Below, one piece after another: positions 18,635 to 27,906 of a DNA stretch of 64,000 nucleotides. The notes below the pieces were generated by a model that worked only from the letters and a program-made list of their open reading frames with translations, was not told the origin of the DNA and made no database searches. Each line of letters begins with the position of its first letter. Position 1 is the first letter of the stretch. This DNA is from Hyphococcus sp. (GTDB lineage: Bacteria; Pseudomonadota; Alphaproteobacteria; Caulobacterales; Parvularculaceae): NCBI GenBank assembly GCA_013002535.1, contig JABDJK010000038.1, positions 27,804 through 91,803 on the forward strand, read 5' to 3'. Position numbers and translations under genes: made by a program.

Positions 18635-18976
18635 TTACCTCTTCCCGAGGGGGGGGGAGGGAACAGTTTGTGCCTGACGCGCTGTCAATTCGCCGCTCTC
18701 CCTATCGAAACTTTCACCCGTTTCCTCATGCGGCTCACAGCCAAATTTGGTCCAATATTCTCCGCCCTCGCCAGCGCGCCGAAAGGGGAGACGGCGTGCG
18801 GCGAGAGCCAGGCCGCCACATATGATCGCACGCGCCGCCAAATCGGCCGGGACGAGCCAGGTGCGCGGGGCGATGATGTTGTGTCGGCGGAACACGACAT
18901 TGGAAACTCTTCCTTCCTGAAAATTCTTCTCGCGCAAATTGCTTGCGGCGTTCGAGAAGAATAATAAGCGCGCCAC
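18635..18976 (-). CDS. Hypothetical protein (weak)
   Basis: 113-aa ORF converging on rpsP; no family recognised. Confidence 0.3.
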   Translation of the reverse strand: MARLLFFSNAASNLREKNFQEGRVSNVVFRRHNIIAPRTWLVPADLAARAIICGGLALAARRLPFRRAGEGGEYWTKFGCEPHEETGESFDRESGELTARQAQTVPSPPLGKR

Positions 18977-19217
18977 GCGACACGTGGGCTTCCTGACCGT
19001 TTATGAAAAAATTAACCGTGTAACCGGCTGACAATGTGTACCGCTTTACAACCATCGGGCGACTAACGTTGCGTGCGGCGCACCGCTTTGAGTGTCAGGC
19101 CGCGCGAAAATCTCTACAATTTTGCTACAATTGAAGGTGGATCTTACGCATCGCCGAAACCATCTTTAGCGTAGTCTCTTAGCGAACAATTGTTGTTTTG
19201 GCGGGAAGGAAAAACCA

Positions 19218-19409
19218 ATGACCAGATATTTGTGCATTTTCGCATTTCTCTTGTGCGGGTTCTCAACAAGCGGCTGCGTGATCGCTGCTGCGGCCGCCGG
19301 CGGCGCTATCGCCGCTGATGAAATTGGCGAAAAGGACGGCAAGTTCGATCCGCTGGAGGACGCTTATGACGGTGACGAGTCGACAGAGGTCCTGAGCGAC
19401 GACGGCTAA
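19218..19409 (+). CDS. Small putative lipoprotein
   Basis: GGAAGGA RBS, hydrophobic leader with lipobox TSGC, downstream terminator. Confidence 0.7.
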   Translation: MTRYLCIFAFLLCGFSTSGCVIAAAAAGGAIAADEIGEKDGKFDPLEDAYDGDESTEVLSDDG

Positions 19410-19456
19410 TATCAGAAACTAAAACGCGTCGACAATTTACCGCTGCCTTAAAGAGG

Positions 19457-19488
19457 AAACGCCGGCGCAGCTACGCGCCGGCGTTTTC
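19457..19488. terminator. Intrinsic terminator hairpin between convergent genes
   Basis: AAACGCCGGCGC-agctac-GCGCCGGCGTTT. Confidence 0.7.
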
Positions 19489-19548
19489 TATTTATAGGGA
19501 CGGCCGGAGCGGCCGCCCGCTCCCGGGCGTTCTACGAACGGCTGGATG

Positions 19549-20148
19549 CTACCCGTCGTTCGCTTGTGCAGGATCGAAAATTTCAATCGACCCCGCGGGG
19601 GCGCGGCTCAAACGCTCGGCGCGCTCCATTTTTTCGCGGCCGTCATTAACGCTTTTCAGGCCGGCGCCGTGCATCGCAGTCAGGCTGTCAATGCGGGTGC
19701 GTGTCTGCGCGAGCTTTTCGCGATTTTTTTCGGCTTTCTCGAAGGCGCCGTTCCAGTCGTCGGCCGCCTTTTTCAACGCTTCAACTTCGGCCTTCGCCAT
19801 TGCCGGGGTCGCAACATCGCCGCCGCGTTTTGCAAGGCTTTTGTAGGCCGAACCCTTTGCGTCAGCTTGCGTCACTGTCTTATTGGTTTTCTCGACGAGC
19901 TTTCGCTCTTCCTTGTGGGCTTTTTCCAGATCTTTCTGGAATTCGCCTGCTTGGGCGAGACCGGCGATTTCCTGACGTTTGCCTTCAACCCATAGGGCCG
20001 CAAGAGCGTCAGCATTCGCCGCCGCGCTCAGGGTTATCGTCGCTGGCGCGATAACCGGCTCGTCTTTCTTGCCGGCATGGGCCGGAGAGGCCAACAACAT
20101 TGTCGCCGCTGCAGTAGATACAAAAATCGTTAGCGATCGTTTCGCCAT
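19549..20148 (-). CDS. Secreted coiled-coil hypothetical protein
   Basis: Signal peptide ending AHA; Ala/Lys/Glu heptad-rich body; divergent from LysR. Confidence 0.75.
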   Translation of the reverse strand: MAKRSLTIFVSTAAATMLLASPAHAGKKDEPVIAPATITLSAAANADALAALWVEGKRQEIAGLAQAGEFQKDLEKAHKEERKLVEKTNKTVTQADAKGSAYKSLAKRGGDVATPAMAKAEVEALKKAADDWNGAFEKAEKNREKLAQTRTRIDSLTAMHGAGLKSVNDGREKMERAERLSRAPAGSIEIFDPAQANDG

Positions 20149-20175
20149 GAAAATATTCCTTTCGAATGTTCACTA

Positions 20176-20227
20176 TTTCGATTGTGGAAATGAAATGGGG
20201 GTGCTGATATATTTTGCAAACAAATAT
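20176..20227. promoter_or_regulatory. Two inverted repeats in the LysR divergent promoter
   Basis: TTTC-N7-GAAA (20176-20190, a T-N11-A box) and ATATTT-N7-AAATAT (20209-20227). Confidence 0.45.
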
Positions 20228-20258
20228 AATTGCACGATTAAATCGGAAATACTGCATT

Positions 20259-21134
20259 ATGGATCTTGCCGAAATCCGGACTTTTCTGGCGGTTCTCGAA
20301 GGCGGGAGCTTCGTTGCCGCAGCGCGGCTTTCAAACGTTACGCAATCTACGGTGAGCGCGCGGATCAAATCGCTAGAGACGCGATTGGGCGTCCGGCTTT
20401 TTATCCGGACCAAGGCGCGTTGCGATCTGACGCCGGCGGGCAGCCAGTTTTATCGCTATGCGCGTTCGCTGGCGCGCGTTTGGGAGGAAGCAAAACATCA
20501 GGTCGCCATTCCCGAAGGGTTCACTGACACGCTGATAGTCGGAGGGCAGTACAGCATGTGGAACCGCTTGCTGTTGCAGTGGGTGGGGATGTTCCGGGCG
20601 GCGCAACCAAACGTCGCTCTTCGCTGCGAAGTCGGGATGCCACAGCGCTTGCTGCGCGAAATGCGCGAGGGCGTCATGGATATTGCCGTGGTTTACCAGC
20701 CGGAGTATCGGCCCGGTTTTGAAGTCGAGGAATTGTTTGAGGACGAATTAATTCTGGTTGCGGCGATGACAGCGTCCCCGCTTGAGGAGTCTTATGTGCA
20801 CATCGACTGGGGCCCTGATTTTCGCGAGAAGCATGCCGCTGCTTTCCCGAATTTACCGCCACCCGCGGTCACGCTTGATCTCGGCGCCCTTGGCGTCAAC
20901 TACGTGCTTGGCGCAGACGCGTCCGCCTATTTTCCACGACGCATCGTTGCGCCGTTTATCTCCGCGGGACGCTTGCACGAAATTGAAGGGGCGCCGCGTT
21001 ATGGCTACCCGGCCTATGCGGTCTATCAGGAAGAATTCGCAGCGCCCATAGTTATGGCGGTCGCCCTCGATACGCTGCGGGAAACGGCGCATAAAGCCGC
21101 CAACGATGAATTGCCGCCGCCATTCTGGCGATAG
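20259..21134 (+). CDS. LysR-family transcriptional regulator
   Basis: FLAVLEGGSFVAAARLSNVTQSTVSARIKSLE...LTPAG. Confidence 0.93.
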   Translation: MDLAEIRTFLAVLEGGSFVAAARLSNVTQSTVSARIKSLETRLGVRLFIRTKARCDLTPAGSQFYRYARSLARVWEEAKHQVAIPEGFTDTLIVGGQYSMWNRLLLQWVGMFRAAQPNVALRCEVGMPQRLLREMREGVMDIAVVYQPEYRPGFEVEELFEDELILVAAMTASPLEESYVHIDWGPDFREKHAAAFPNLPPPAVTLDLGALGVNYVLGADASAYFPRRIVAPFISAGRLHEIEGAPRYGYPAYAVYQEEFAAPIVMAVALDTLRETAHKAANDELPPPFWR

Positions 21135-21159
21135 AAATCGCCGGCGCAGTTACGCGCCG

Positions 21160-21306
21160 GAGTTTTGCCATGCGAACGGCTTGAGGGATGTTGTGGAAAT
21201 TCGGCGATGTTTTGATCACCAGTCGATGAATTTCTTCAAATTTCTCTTGCGATGCGTCGCCGTCAATGCGCACCATGGAGTTGAGACTTTCCTATCCCGG
21301 CGCAAC
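21160..21306 (-). pseudogene. 3' remnant of an OsmC-family gene
   Basis: Reads VAPG*ESLNSMVRIDGDASQEKFEEIHRLVIKTSPNFHNI; in-frame TAG at 21292-21294; no 5' part. Confidence 0.6.
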
Positions 21307-21474
21307 CACGCAAGAGGAGATCTGCGCGTTCCGCTGGATACAGGGCGCGAATTGGCCGCGAACATTCCGGACGCGCGCTTTGTTCTTTTGGTAACGAATA
21401 ACCATCTTGTGCCGGAAAACGACCCTGCCTGGCCGCGGTTTCGGGACGCTATTCTCGATTTTTTCGACTGTTGA
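21307..21474 (+). pseudogene. 3' remnant of an alpha/beta-hydrolase-fold gene
   Basis: HARGDLRVPLDTGRELAANIPDARFVLL..NNHLVPENDPAW.RF, carrying the catalytic Asp/His region only; no start or nucleophile elbow. Confidence 0.65.
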
Positions 21475-21506
21475 TCTTTGCAGTTTTCGAATTGAGATTC
21501 CAAACA

Positions 21507-21543
21507 ATCGAAAAAACCGATCATTGATATACATATTATCACT
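21507..21543 (+). promoter_or_regulatory. Possible OxyR/LysR-type operator upstream of katG
   Basis: ATCG-N7-CGAT-N7-ATAC-N7-CACT, resembling ATAG-N7-CTAT-N7-ATAG-N7-CTAT. Confidence 0.35.
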
Positions 21544-21629
21544 TTTACATATTTAATCGCGCGCCGTATTCTTAAGATGTGATTCCCCAGTTGCGTCTGA
21601 ATTTCAAAATTTTAGGAGCAAGCCCCCTC

Positions 21630-23966
21630 ATGAGCCGGACAACAAAATCAACCTTTCTCGCAGGCGTTTGTATTACAGCGCTGATATTCGTCAGCGCTTG
21701 CGGCAATCAGAATGCGCAAGACGACGCGGCGCCAGCAGAAACTTCTGCAGCAAGCGAAGCAGCGTCTGTAGTTGAAGAAGTATCGACGACGCAAGCGTCG
21801 CCGTCGGCGGACGCCAGCGATAAAAAAATTGCAACTGGCGTGGCGCGGTCGAACGATTTCTGGTGGCCCGAACAGCTTGATCTCTCTCCCCTACGTCAGA
21901 ACGAGGCTGAGTCCGACCCGGATGGCGACTTCGATTACGCCGCGGCTTTCGAAAGCCTCGATCTTGATGCGGTGAAAGCTGACATAGAAGCGGTAATGAC
22001 AAATTCGGTCGATTGGTGGCCGGCTGACTATGGACACTACGGCCCTTTCTTTATTCGAATGGCGTGGCACTCGGCGGGCACTTACCGCACCATTGACGGA
22101 CGCGGCGGCGCCGCCGGCGGTCAGATACGCTTTGAGCCTTTGAATTCCTGGCCCGACAACGGCAATCTCGACAAGGCGCGCCGCTTGTTGTGGCCGGTTA
22201 AGCAGAAATACGGCCGCAATATTTCATGGGCCGATTTGATGGTTTTGACGGGCAATGTTGCGCTCGAATCTATGGGTTTTGAAACCTATGGTTTTGCGGG
22301 CGGCCGCGAAGATGATTGGCAGGCGGAGCTTGTCAATTGGGGGCCGGAGGCAGAAATGCTCGGCCGCGATCGCCATGGCGGCAATAACGGCCCACTTCAA
22401 AAACCCTTCGGCGCATCTCAGATGGGCCTTATTTATGTGAACCCGGAAGGCCCAGCGGGGAACCCTGATCCGCTAGCAGCGGCGGAACGCATTCGTGAGA
22501 CTTTCGGGCGCATGGCGATGAATGACGAAGAAACGGCGGCGTTGATTGCTGGCGGTCACACCTTCGGCAAGGCCCATGGCGCTGCGAAACCGGCAGACTG
22601 CGTTGATGTCGAGCCGGCTGCAGAAGGCGTTGAGGCGCAAGGTTTCGGCTGGAAAAATTCCTGCGGAAAAGGCAATGCAGAAGACACGATTACATCCGGC
22701 CTCGAAGGCGCCTGGACGTCGAGCCCGGCCCAGTGGACGCATCAATATCTCTCAAATCTCTACGCATTCGAATGGAAGCAAACAAAGAGCCCGGCCGGCG
22801 CCACGCAGTGGATCCCGACCGATGAAGCGGCAGCCAATCTTGTTCCCGACGCGCATTTGCCGGACGTCCGGCACGCGCCGATTATGTTCACAACTGACCT
22901 CGCGCTGAAAGAAGACCCGGCCTATCGCGAAATTACCGAGCGGTGGCTGGACGACCCCGAAGCTTTTGAGGACGCCTTTGCACGGGCCTGGTTCAAACTC
23001 ACTCACCGCGATATGGGGCCGGCGGCGCGCTATTTAGGTGATCATGTCCCAAGCGAACGCTTGATGTGGCAGGACCCGGTTCCTGCTGTCAATCATCCTC
23101 TCGTGAACAGTTCGGATATTTCTGCGCTGAAAGCAGATATCCTTGGATCGGGATTGTCCGTATCCGAATTGGTGCGAACGGCCTGGGCGTCGGCGGCGTC
23201 GTTCCGCGACACGGATATGCGCGGCGGCGCCAATGGCGCAAGGCTGCGGCTTGCCCCGCAAAAGGATTGGGCGGTGAATGATCCGGCAACGCTAGGGCCA
23301 ACGCTGGCGACGCTTGAGGGAATTCAAACCGCATTTAATGACGCGCAAACCGGCGGTAAGCGCATTTCCATGGCCGACCTCATTGTCCTTGGCGGCGCGG
23401 CTGCGATTGAAAAGGCTGCAGCGGATGCGGGTCACAGTGTTTCCGTGCCTTTTCGCCCCGGCCGCACTGACGCGAGCGCTGAGCAAACAGACGTTGAAAG
23501 CTTTGAAGTGCTGGAGCCTTCCTCAGACGGCTTCCGAAACTATCTCGGCGATGCAGAAAAGCCCGCCGACGCACTTGTGGAACGCGCCGATCTTCTCGGG
23601 CTCACGGCGCCGGAAATGACAGTGCTCGTTGGCGGCATGCGCGCCCTTGGCGCCGATGCCAGCGGCGCAAACCATGGCGTTCTCACAGACGCGCCGGAGC
23701 AGTTGACGAACGATTTCTTCGTCAACCTCCTCGATATGTCGACGAAATGGACGCCTGCTGATGAAGCGTTCACCTATGAGGGCCGCGGCCGGACATCTGG
23801 CGACCTCAGATGGACGGCAACCGAAGTCGATCTGGTTTTCGGATCGAATGCGGAGCTTCGCGCAATCGTCGAAAATTACGCCTATGACGGCGCTGAAGAA
23901 AACTTCGTAGAGGCGTTCGTCGCCGCATGGATAAAGGTTATGAACAATGACCGGTTTGATCGGTAG
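21630..23966 (+). CDS. katG: Catalase-peroxidase with lipoprotein signal peptide
   Basis: [32 protein letters not shown]; AGGAG RBS; N-terminal lipobox VSAC. Confidence 0.96.
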   Translation: MSRTTKSTFLAGVCITALIFVSACGNQNAQDDAAPAETSAASEAASVVEEVSTTQASPSADASDKKIATGVARSNDFWWPEQLDLSPLRQNEAESDPDGDFDYAAAFESLDLDAVKADIEAVMTNSVDWWPADYGHYGPFFIRMAWHSAGTYRTIDGRGGAAGGQIRFEPLNSWPDNGNLDKARRLLWPVKQKYGRNISWADLMVLTGNVALESMGFETYGFAGGREDDWQAELVNWGPEAEMLGRDRHGGNNGPLQKPFGASQMGLIYVNPEGPAGNPDPLAAAERIRETFGRMAMNDEETAALIAGGHTFGKAHGAAKPADCVDVEPAAEGVEAQGFGWKNSCGKGNAEDTITSGLEGAWTSSPAQWTHQYLSNLYAFEWKQTKSPAGATQWIPTDEAAANLVPDAHLPDVRHAPIMFTTDLALKEDPAYREITERWLDDPEAFEDAFARAWFKLTHRDMGPAARYLGDHVPSERLMWQDPVPAVNHPLVNSSDISALKADILGSGLSVSELVRTAWASAASFRDTDMRGGANGARLRLAPQKDWAVNDPATLGPTLATLEGIQTAFNDAQTGGKRISMADLIVLGGAAAIEKAAADAGHSVSVPFRPGRTDASAEQTDVESFEVLEPSSDGFRNYLGDAEKPADALVERADLLGLTAPEMTVLVGGMRALGADASGANHGVLTDAPEQLTNDFFVNLLDMSTKWTPADEAFTYEGRGRTSGDLRWTATEVDLVFGSNAELRAIVENYAYDGAEENFVEAFVAAWIKVMNNDRFDR

Positions 23967-24026
23967 CATCCTACTATAACAGTCTCTCCCCGCCGGCGCT
24001 TGCGTATCCATAGCTCCGGACAAAAG

Positions 24027-24060
24027 AAACCGGCGTCGCGACCGCTTCGCCGGTTTTTTT
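24027..24060. terminator. Intrinsic terminator between katG and the convergent ECF module
   Basis: AAACCGGCG...CGCCGGTTTTTTT. Confidence 0.75.
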
Positions 24061-24063
24061 GTT

Positions 24064-24561
24064 TCAGTCGCCGCTGTGTCGCTCGCGCCGCCGCTCACGG
24101 CGTTCCCGCCGCCGCTCGCTGCGCTGCTGCGCTTCTTCTCGCAAAAGCGCCCGGCCTTCAGGACCTAGTTGTTCCATCGCGTCGAGAAAAACTTCGTTTG
24201 CAAAGGCGCTGAATTCGGCCCGCGCCAGTTCCAGTTCGCGCTGGGCTACTTCTACCTGGTCGCGGTCCCACTCGGCAGCATGCAGCGCTTCAAAATAAGC
24301 ACGCTGGCGCTCTCGAACAACGCCGCGCCTTTCGCGCAATTCGGCAAGGTTTGGTCGCAAAATCTCACGAAAGGCCTCACGGCTTTCCGGCGGCAACGCG
24401 CGTGTGTGACGCATCATTCGCATCGGATCCGTGGATGGTCCGCGCGCCTCTATATTTGGCTGCGTGTCGGCGCCATAGATTTTTTTGCCGCTAATGAGCC
24501 CAACCGCAAATACATTCAACGCAAGCGAAATGAAGAGCGCAATTTTTATTCCATTGCCCAT
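24064..24561 (-). CDS. Periplasmic heavy-metal sensor-like helical protein (CnrX/ZraP/Spy-like)
   Basis: IALFISLALNVFAVG anchor, PMRMMRH, LPPESR, helical repeats. Confidence 0.75.
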   Translation of the reverse strand: MGNGIKIALFISLALNVFAVGLISGKKIYGADTQPNIEARGPSTDPMRMMRHTRALPPESREAFREILRPNLAELRERRGVVRERQRAYFEALHAAEWDRDQVEVAQRELELARAEFSAFANEVFLDAMEQLGPEGRALLREEAQQRSERRRERRERRRERHSGD

Positions 24562-24923
24562 GGCGCAAACTCCTCTTCTTCGAGGGCCGCATATGCGCTG
24601 ACAGTTTCATTAAGCGCATAAAATTCATACTCCGGTCCGGCGTACCCGGCTGTCGCAGACATATTCGCGCCGATAGCTAGCCCCAAGGCGCCTGCGCCGG
24701 CGAGCGCCCCGGCTTGCGCAAGCGCCGCGCGTCGCAGCAACGCGCGTAACCCAAAATTGAAACGATGGGATTGGCGCGCCTCTCTTTGCAACGAATCAAA
24801 GTCCGCCAGAATGTCTCGCTTTAGAGCATCACGCGCCGCCGGTACGTCGGCTTGCGTAAAATACTCACGCAAAACAGCATCGGTGTCTCGATCCGCCTTA
24901 TTGATATTGTCTGATTGGGCCAT
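24546..24923 (-). CDS. Putative single-pass anti-sigma factor
   Basis: Overlaps both the ECF gene and the sensor gene; one Ala/Gly-rich TM segment. Confidence 0.65.
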   Translation of the reverse strand: MAQSDNINKADRDTDAVLREYFTQADVPAARDALKRDILADFDSLQREARQSHRFNFGLRALLRRAALAQAGALAGAGALGLAIGANMSATAGYAGPEYEFYALNETVSAYAALEEEEFAPWAME

Positions 24924-25494
24924 TGCCTGCCTCCTTCAGTGTTTCGTTTTCCTTTGACGCAAGCACATCACGCAATTTTCGCCGTCCCCGCGCCAAGAGT
25001 GATTCTATTGCCTGTATATTGACTTCCATTATTTCAGCAGCTTCCGCATTGGACATTTCCTGCAAATAGCAAAGGGCGATCGCCATGCGTTGACGTTCCG
25101 GCAATCCATTTACGGCGCGCATTATTATTCCCCGAAACTGCTTTTGCGCCAATATATCAGCGGGGCCGGCAGTCTGATCTTCAAAGTCTGCGATACCTTC
25201 ATCACTGACTTCGCGGCCAGCTTTGCGAAGTTGATCCAGGCAATAATTCGCCGCGATCCGTGAAAGCCAGGTTTTGAATTGCGCGCGTTCCGGCTTCCAG
25301 CTTTTCGCCTTTTTCCACACACGCAAGAAGACTTCCTGCGTTGCGTCTTCCGCTGCTGCGGCATTGCGCAAATAGCGAAAGCATTGTCCGAACACACCAT
25401 CTGTATGCCGTTCGATTAACATAGCTGCCGCCGCGCGGTCGCCGCGCGCTGACAAACCCGCCAGTTGCTCATCGCTTTCTGCGGCGTAATCCAA
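24898..25494 (-). CDS. ECF-family RNA polymerase sigma-70 factor
   Basis: AEDATQEVFLRVW, FKTWLSRIAANYCLD, LPERQR, MSNAEAAEIM, ESLLARGRRKL; likely TTG start at 25494. Confidence 0.93.
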   Translation of the reverse strand: MDYAAESDEQLAGLSARGDRAAAAMLIERHTDGVFGQCFRYLRNAAAAEDATQEVFLRVWKKAKSWKPERAQFKTWLSRIAANYCLDQLRKAGREVSDEGIADFEDQTAGPADILAQKQFRGIIMRAVNGLPERQRMAIALCYLQEMSNAEAAEIMEVNIQAIESLLARGRRKLRDVLASKENETLKEAGNGPIRQYQ

Positions 25495-25645
25495 TCTGCC
25501 CTCATTGCAGTCCGGCGCTGACCATAACAGCCAGATGCGCCATTGTCTTTTTCGCGTCACAATAAATCCGGCGCCGCGATTGTAGCTCCGAGCCTCAAGG
25601 GACGCGGGCCAGTGCGGCGCCGGACAATTCGCTGTCGCCAGTGGG

Positions 25646-26107
25646 TTAACCGCGACCCCGACGCTTGCCATGACGCTTGCCTTTGCGAAGTTCATCGTCG
25701 CTCAAAACGCCGTCGCCATTTTTATCCATGCGGTCAAATCGCTCGCGAGCCTTGTCGAGGAACTCAACTTCAGAGACGATGCCGTCGCCGTTTTTGTCAG
25801 GGTTGCGCTCCGCGCGCCTGGCCGCGCGATAGGCTTGCATCTCTTCGCGAGAAACCGACCCGCTATTGTCCTTGTCGGCTTCGGCAAGCATCTTCGCGCG
25901 CTGCTCGGCCCGGCGTTCCTGTCGGTCTTCGCGGCGTTCTTCCATACGCGCCTCAGCGGCCGCGATTTCAGACGCAGTTATCTCGCCGTCATTGTTCTGG
26001 TCAAGCTGGTCAAAGCGTTTTCCGCCGCGGTCGCCATGGGCGAATGCGCTAACTGCAATCAAGCTGACGCCCGCTGCGGCAAGGGCGCTAAAGATAATCT
26101 TTTTCAT
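25646..26107 (-). CDS. Secreted EF-hand domain protein
   Basis: Signal peptide; four DxNxDG-type loops (DQNNDGEI, DKDNSGSV, DKNGDGIV, DKNGDGVL). Confidence 0.9.
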   Translation of the reverse strand: MKKIIFSALAAAGVSLIAVSAFAHGDRGGKRFDQLDQNNDGEITASEIAAAEARMEERREDRQERRAEQRAKMLAEADKDNSGSVSREEMQAYRAARRAERNPDKNGDGIVSEVEFLDKARERFDRMDKNGDGVLSDDELRKGKRHGKRRGRG

Positions 26108-26156
26108 GGGGTATATTCCTTAATTCGTTTCAGGTTTCGCCGTCCCAGTACCCCAA

Positions 26157-26185
26157 TATACGGGCGACGCCGCAAAACCTGTCGC
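26157..26185 (-). promoter_or_regulatory. Putative ECF promoter for the EF-hand gene
   Basis: Minus strand reads GCGACAG-N15-CCGTATA about 50 nt upstream of the start; CCGTATA is the CnrH-type -10 box. Confidence 0.4.
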
Positions 26186-26345
26186 AATTATAGAAAATTT
26201 CGCATATTCGACCTGCCTTTATCCCGCCGCAAAATCAACACCGTATGACCGCGGCATTCACCGACGGGCGACCGCCGGATGATCCGTATAGGACTTTGTA
26301 AGACAATATGGCTGAGGGGCTCTTTGCTCACCTGGAGAACTAAAA

Positions 26346-26759
26346 ATGTCCAATAAACTGACACTGAGTGTCCTCAGCGCTGTATTTGTCCTCGGCGCCG
26401 CAGCGCCGGCTTTCGCGCAAAAAGGAGGGCGCAACGCCGACAATGACCGGGGTCGCGACACCAACTACAGTCAATCTGACAATCGCCGCGGCGAAGCAAA
26501 CTCACGCCGCGATTATAATGCACGCGACTCGCGATCTGACCGCAGCCGCGATTATCGCCGCAGTCAAACGCGGAAGGTTTTTAACACCCGCTATCGCGCC
26601 ACGATTGTTTTGACAGAAAGTTATTTAAGCGGTCGCCGCGGCGGCCGGCAGGTCTGCACGGTGACAGTACGTGGGCCGCAGGCGCGTTACATTCCGAAGA
26701 AAAAGGTGCGCCGGATCGCGAAAAACAATTGTTCGCGCTGGGCTAAAATCCGGATCTAA
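26346..26759 (+). CDS. Secreted Arg-rich hypothetical protein
   Basis: GGAG RBS, signal peptide AFA, two C-terminal Cys. Confidence 0.75.
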   Translation: MSNKLTLSVLSAVFVLGAAAPAFAQKGGRNADNDRGRDTNYSQSDNRRGEANSRRDYNARDSRSDRSRDYRRSQTRKVFNTRYRATIVLTESYLSGRRGGRQVCTVTVRGPQARYIPKKKVRRIAKNNCSRWAKIRI

Positions 26760-26782
26760 CCAACGATTTCAAGTTGCGAATT

Positions 26783-26811
26783 AACGCCGGCCTTAGCGGG
26801 CCGGCGTTTTT
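26783..26811. terminator. Intrinsic terminator
   Basis: AACGCCGGCC-ttagcg-GGCCGGCGTTTTT. Confidence 0.75.
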
Positions 26812-26819
26812 GATGGGCC

Positions 26820-27776
26820 TTAAGCCGCGGCGACGCGATCAATTGCGGCGACCATGTCGCAGCCATGATAGAGTTTCTCGCGCACCCAGCGATGGCGTTC
26901 ATCATGGGTCCAGTTGGGGTGCCAGGAGGCGTACATTTGAAATCCGGGGACCGGGAGCGGCGGCTCAAACACTTCGATATTGTTTTCGTCGAGCGCAAGC
27001 AAACCTTCCGGCGCCGTCAGCAAACAATCGGTTTTCTGCAGTATCGACAGCGCCAGCAAAAATGTGGAGGTGCGGAACGCGATCCGCCGCGACATTTCCA
27101 GCTTGGCAAGTTCCATATCGACAATGCCGGTTTTTGCGCCGTCGGGCGTCACCAGAATATGGTCGTAATCGCAAAACCGCTTCATGGTCAAATTTTGGCC
27201 TGATAGCGGATGACCTTTTCGGATTGCGGTTTTATAGCGCGTCGCCATCACAGGTTTCGATACAAACTGATCGATATCGAGAGTGGGCGGCAGATCAAGA
27301 ACGCGCACTTCCGGCATAATGACAAGGTCTATCTTTCCGGAGACAAGATCGCGCGCAGCCGAGATGGTGAGGCTTACAATATCAAGATCGATGCCCGGCG
27401 CCTCTTTGGCGACGGAATTTAGCCAGGCGCTGGCGACCAGCGCGCCGGTGTAATCGACGCAAGCGATGCGGAAGCTGCCCTGTTCCGTTGACGGATCAAA
27501 TTTTTCCGTAAGGCGCAAGACATCGCGGCATCGCTCGATAGCATGGGCGAGGGCGGGCTGCATCGATTCCGCAAACGGCGTCGGCGTCATCACGGCGCCG
27601 GACTTAACAAGCAGCGGATCTTCGAAAATATCACGCAGGCGCGAGAGCGCCCGGCTCGCCGCTGGCTGCGACAGGCCAAGACGGTTGGCGGCGGCCGTGA
27701 CATTGCGCTCGGCAAGCAACCAATGCAGCGCCAGAAGCAGGTTTAGGTCGAGGCCTTCAAGGCGTTTTTCGCTCAT
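26820..27776 (-). CDS. LysR-family transcriptional regulator
   Basis: LDLNLLLALHWLLAERNVTAAANRLGLSQPAASRALSRLR. Confidence 0.94.
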   Translation of the reverse strand: MSEKRLEGLDLNLLLALHWLLAERNVTAAANRLGLSQPAASRALSRLRDIFEDPLLVKSGAVMTPTPFAESMQPALAHAIERCRDVLRLTEKFDPSTEQGSFRIACVDYTGALVASAWLNSVAKEAPGIDLDIVSLTISAARDLVSGKIDLVIMPEVRVLDLPPTLDIDQFVSKPVMATRYKTAIRKGHPLSGQNLTMKRFCDYDHILVTPDGAKTGIVDMELAKLEMSRRIAFRTSTFLLALSILQKTDCLLTAPEGLLALDENNIEVFEPPLPVPGFQMYASWHPNWTHDERHRWVREKLYHGCDMVAAIDRVAAA

Positions 27777-27906
27777 ACGTTCCTGATATAATGATTATGC
27801 TAACTATTCATTTCTAATATGAGATCAATGCCCTTATCTTTTCAATTGTCAACAAGGCGGGACGAAAAACGCCCCGAAAGAGCCAGGAAAGAAAAGGAAA
27901 ATCATC

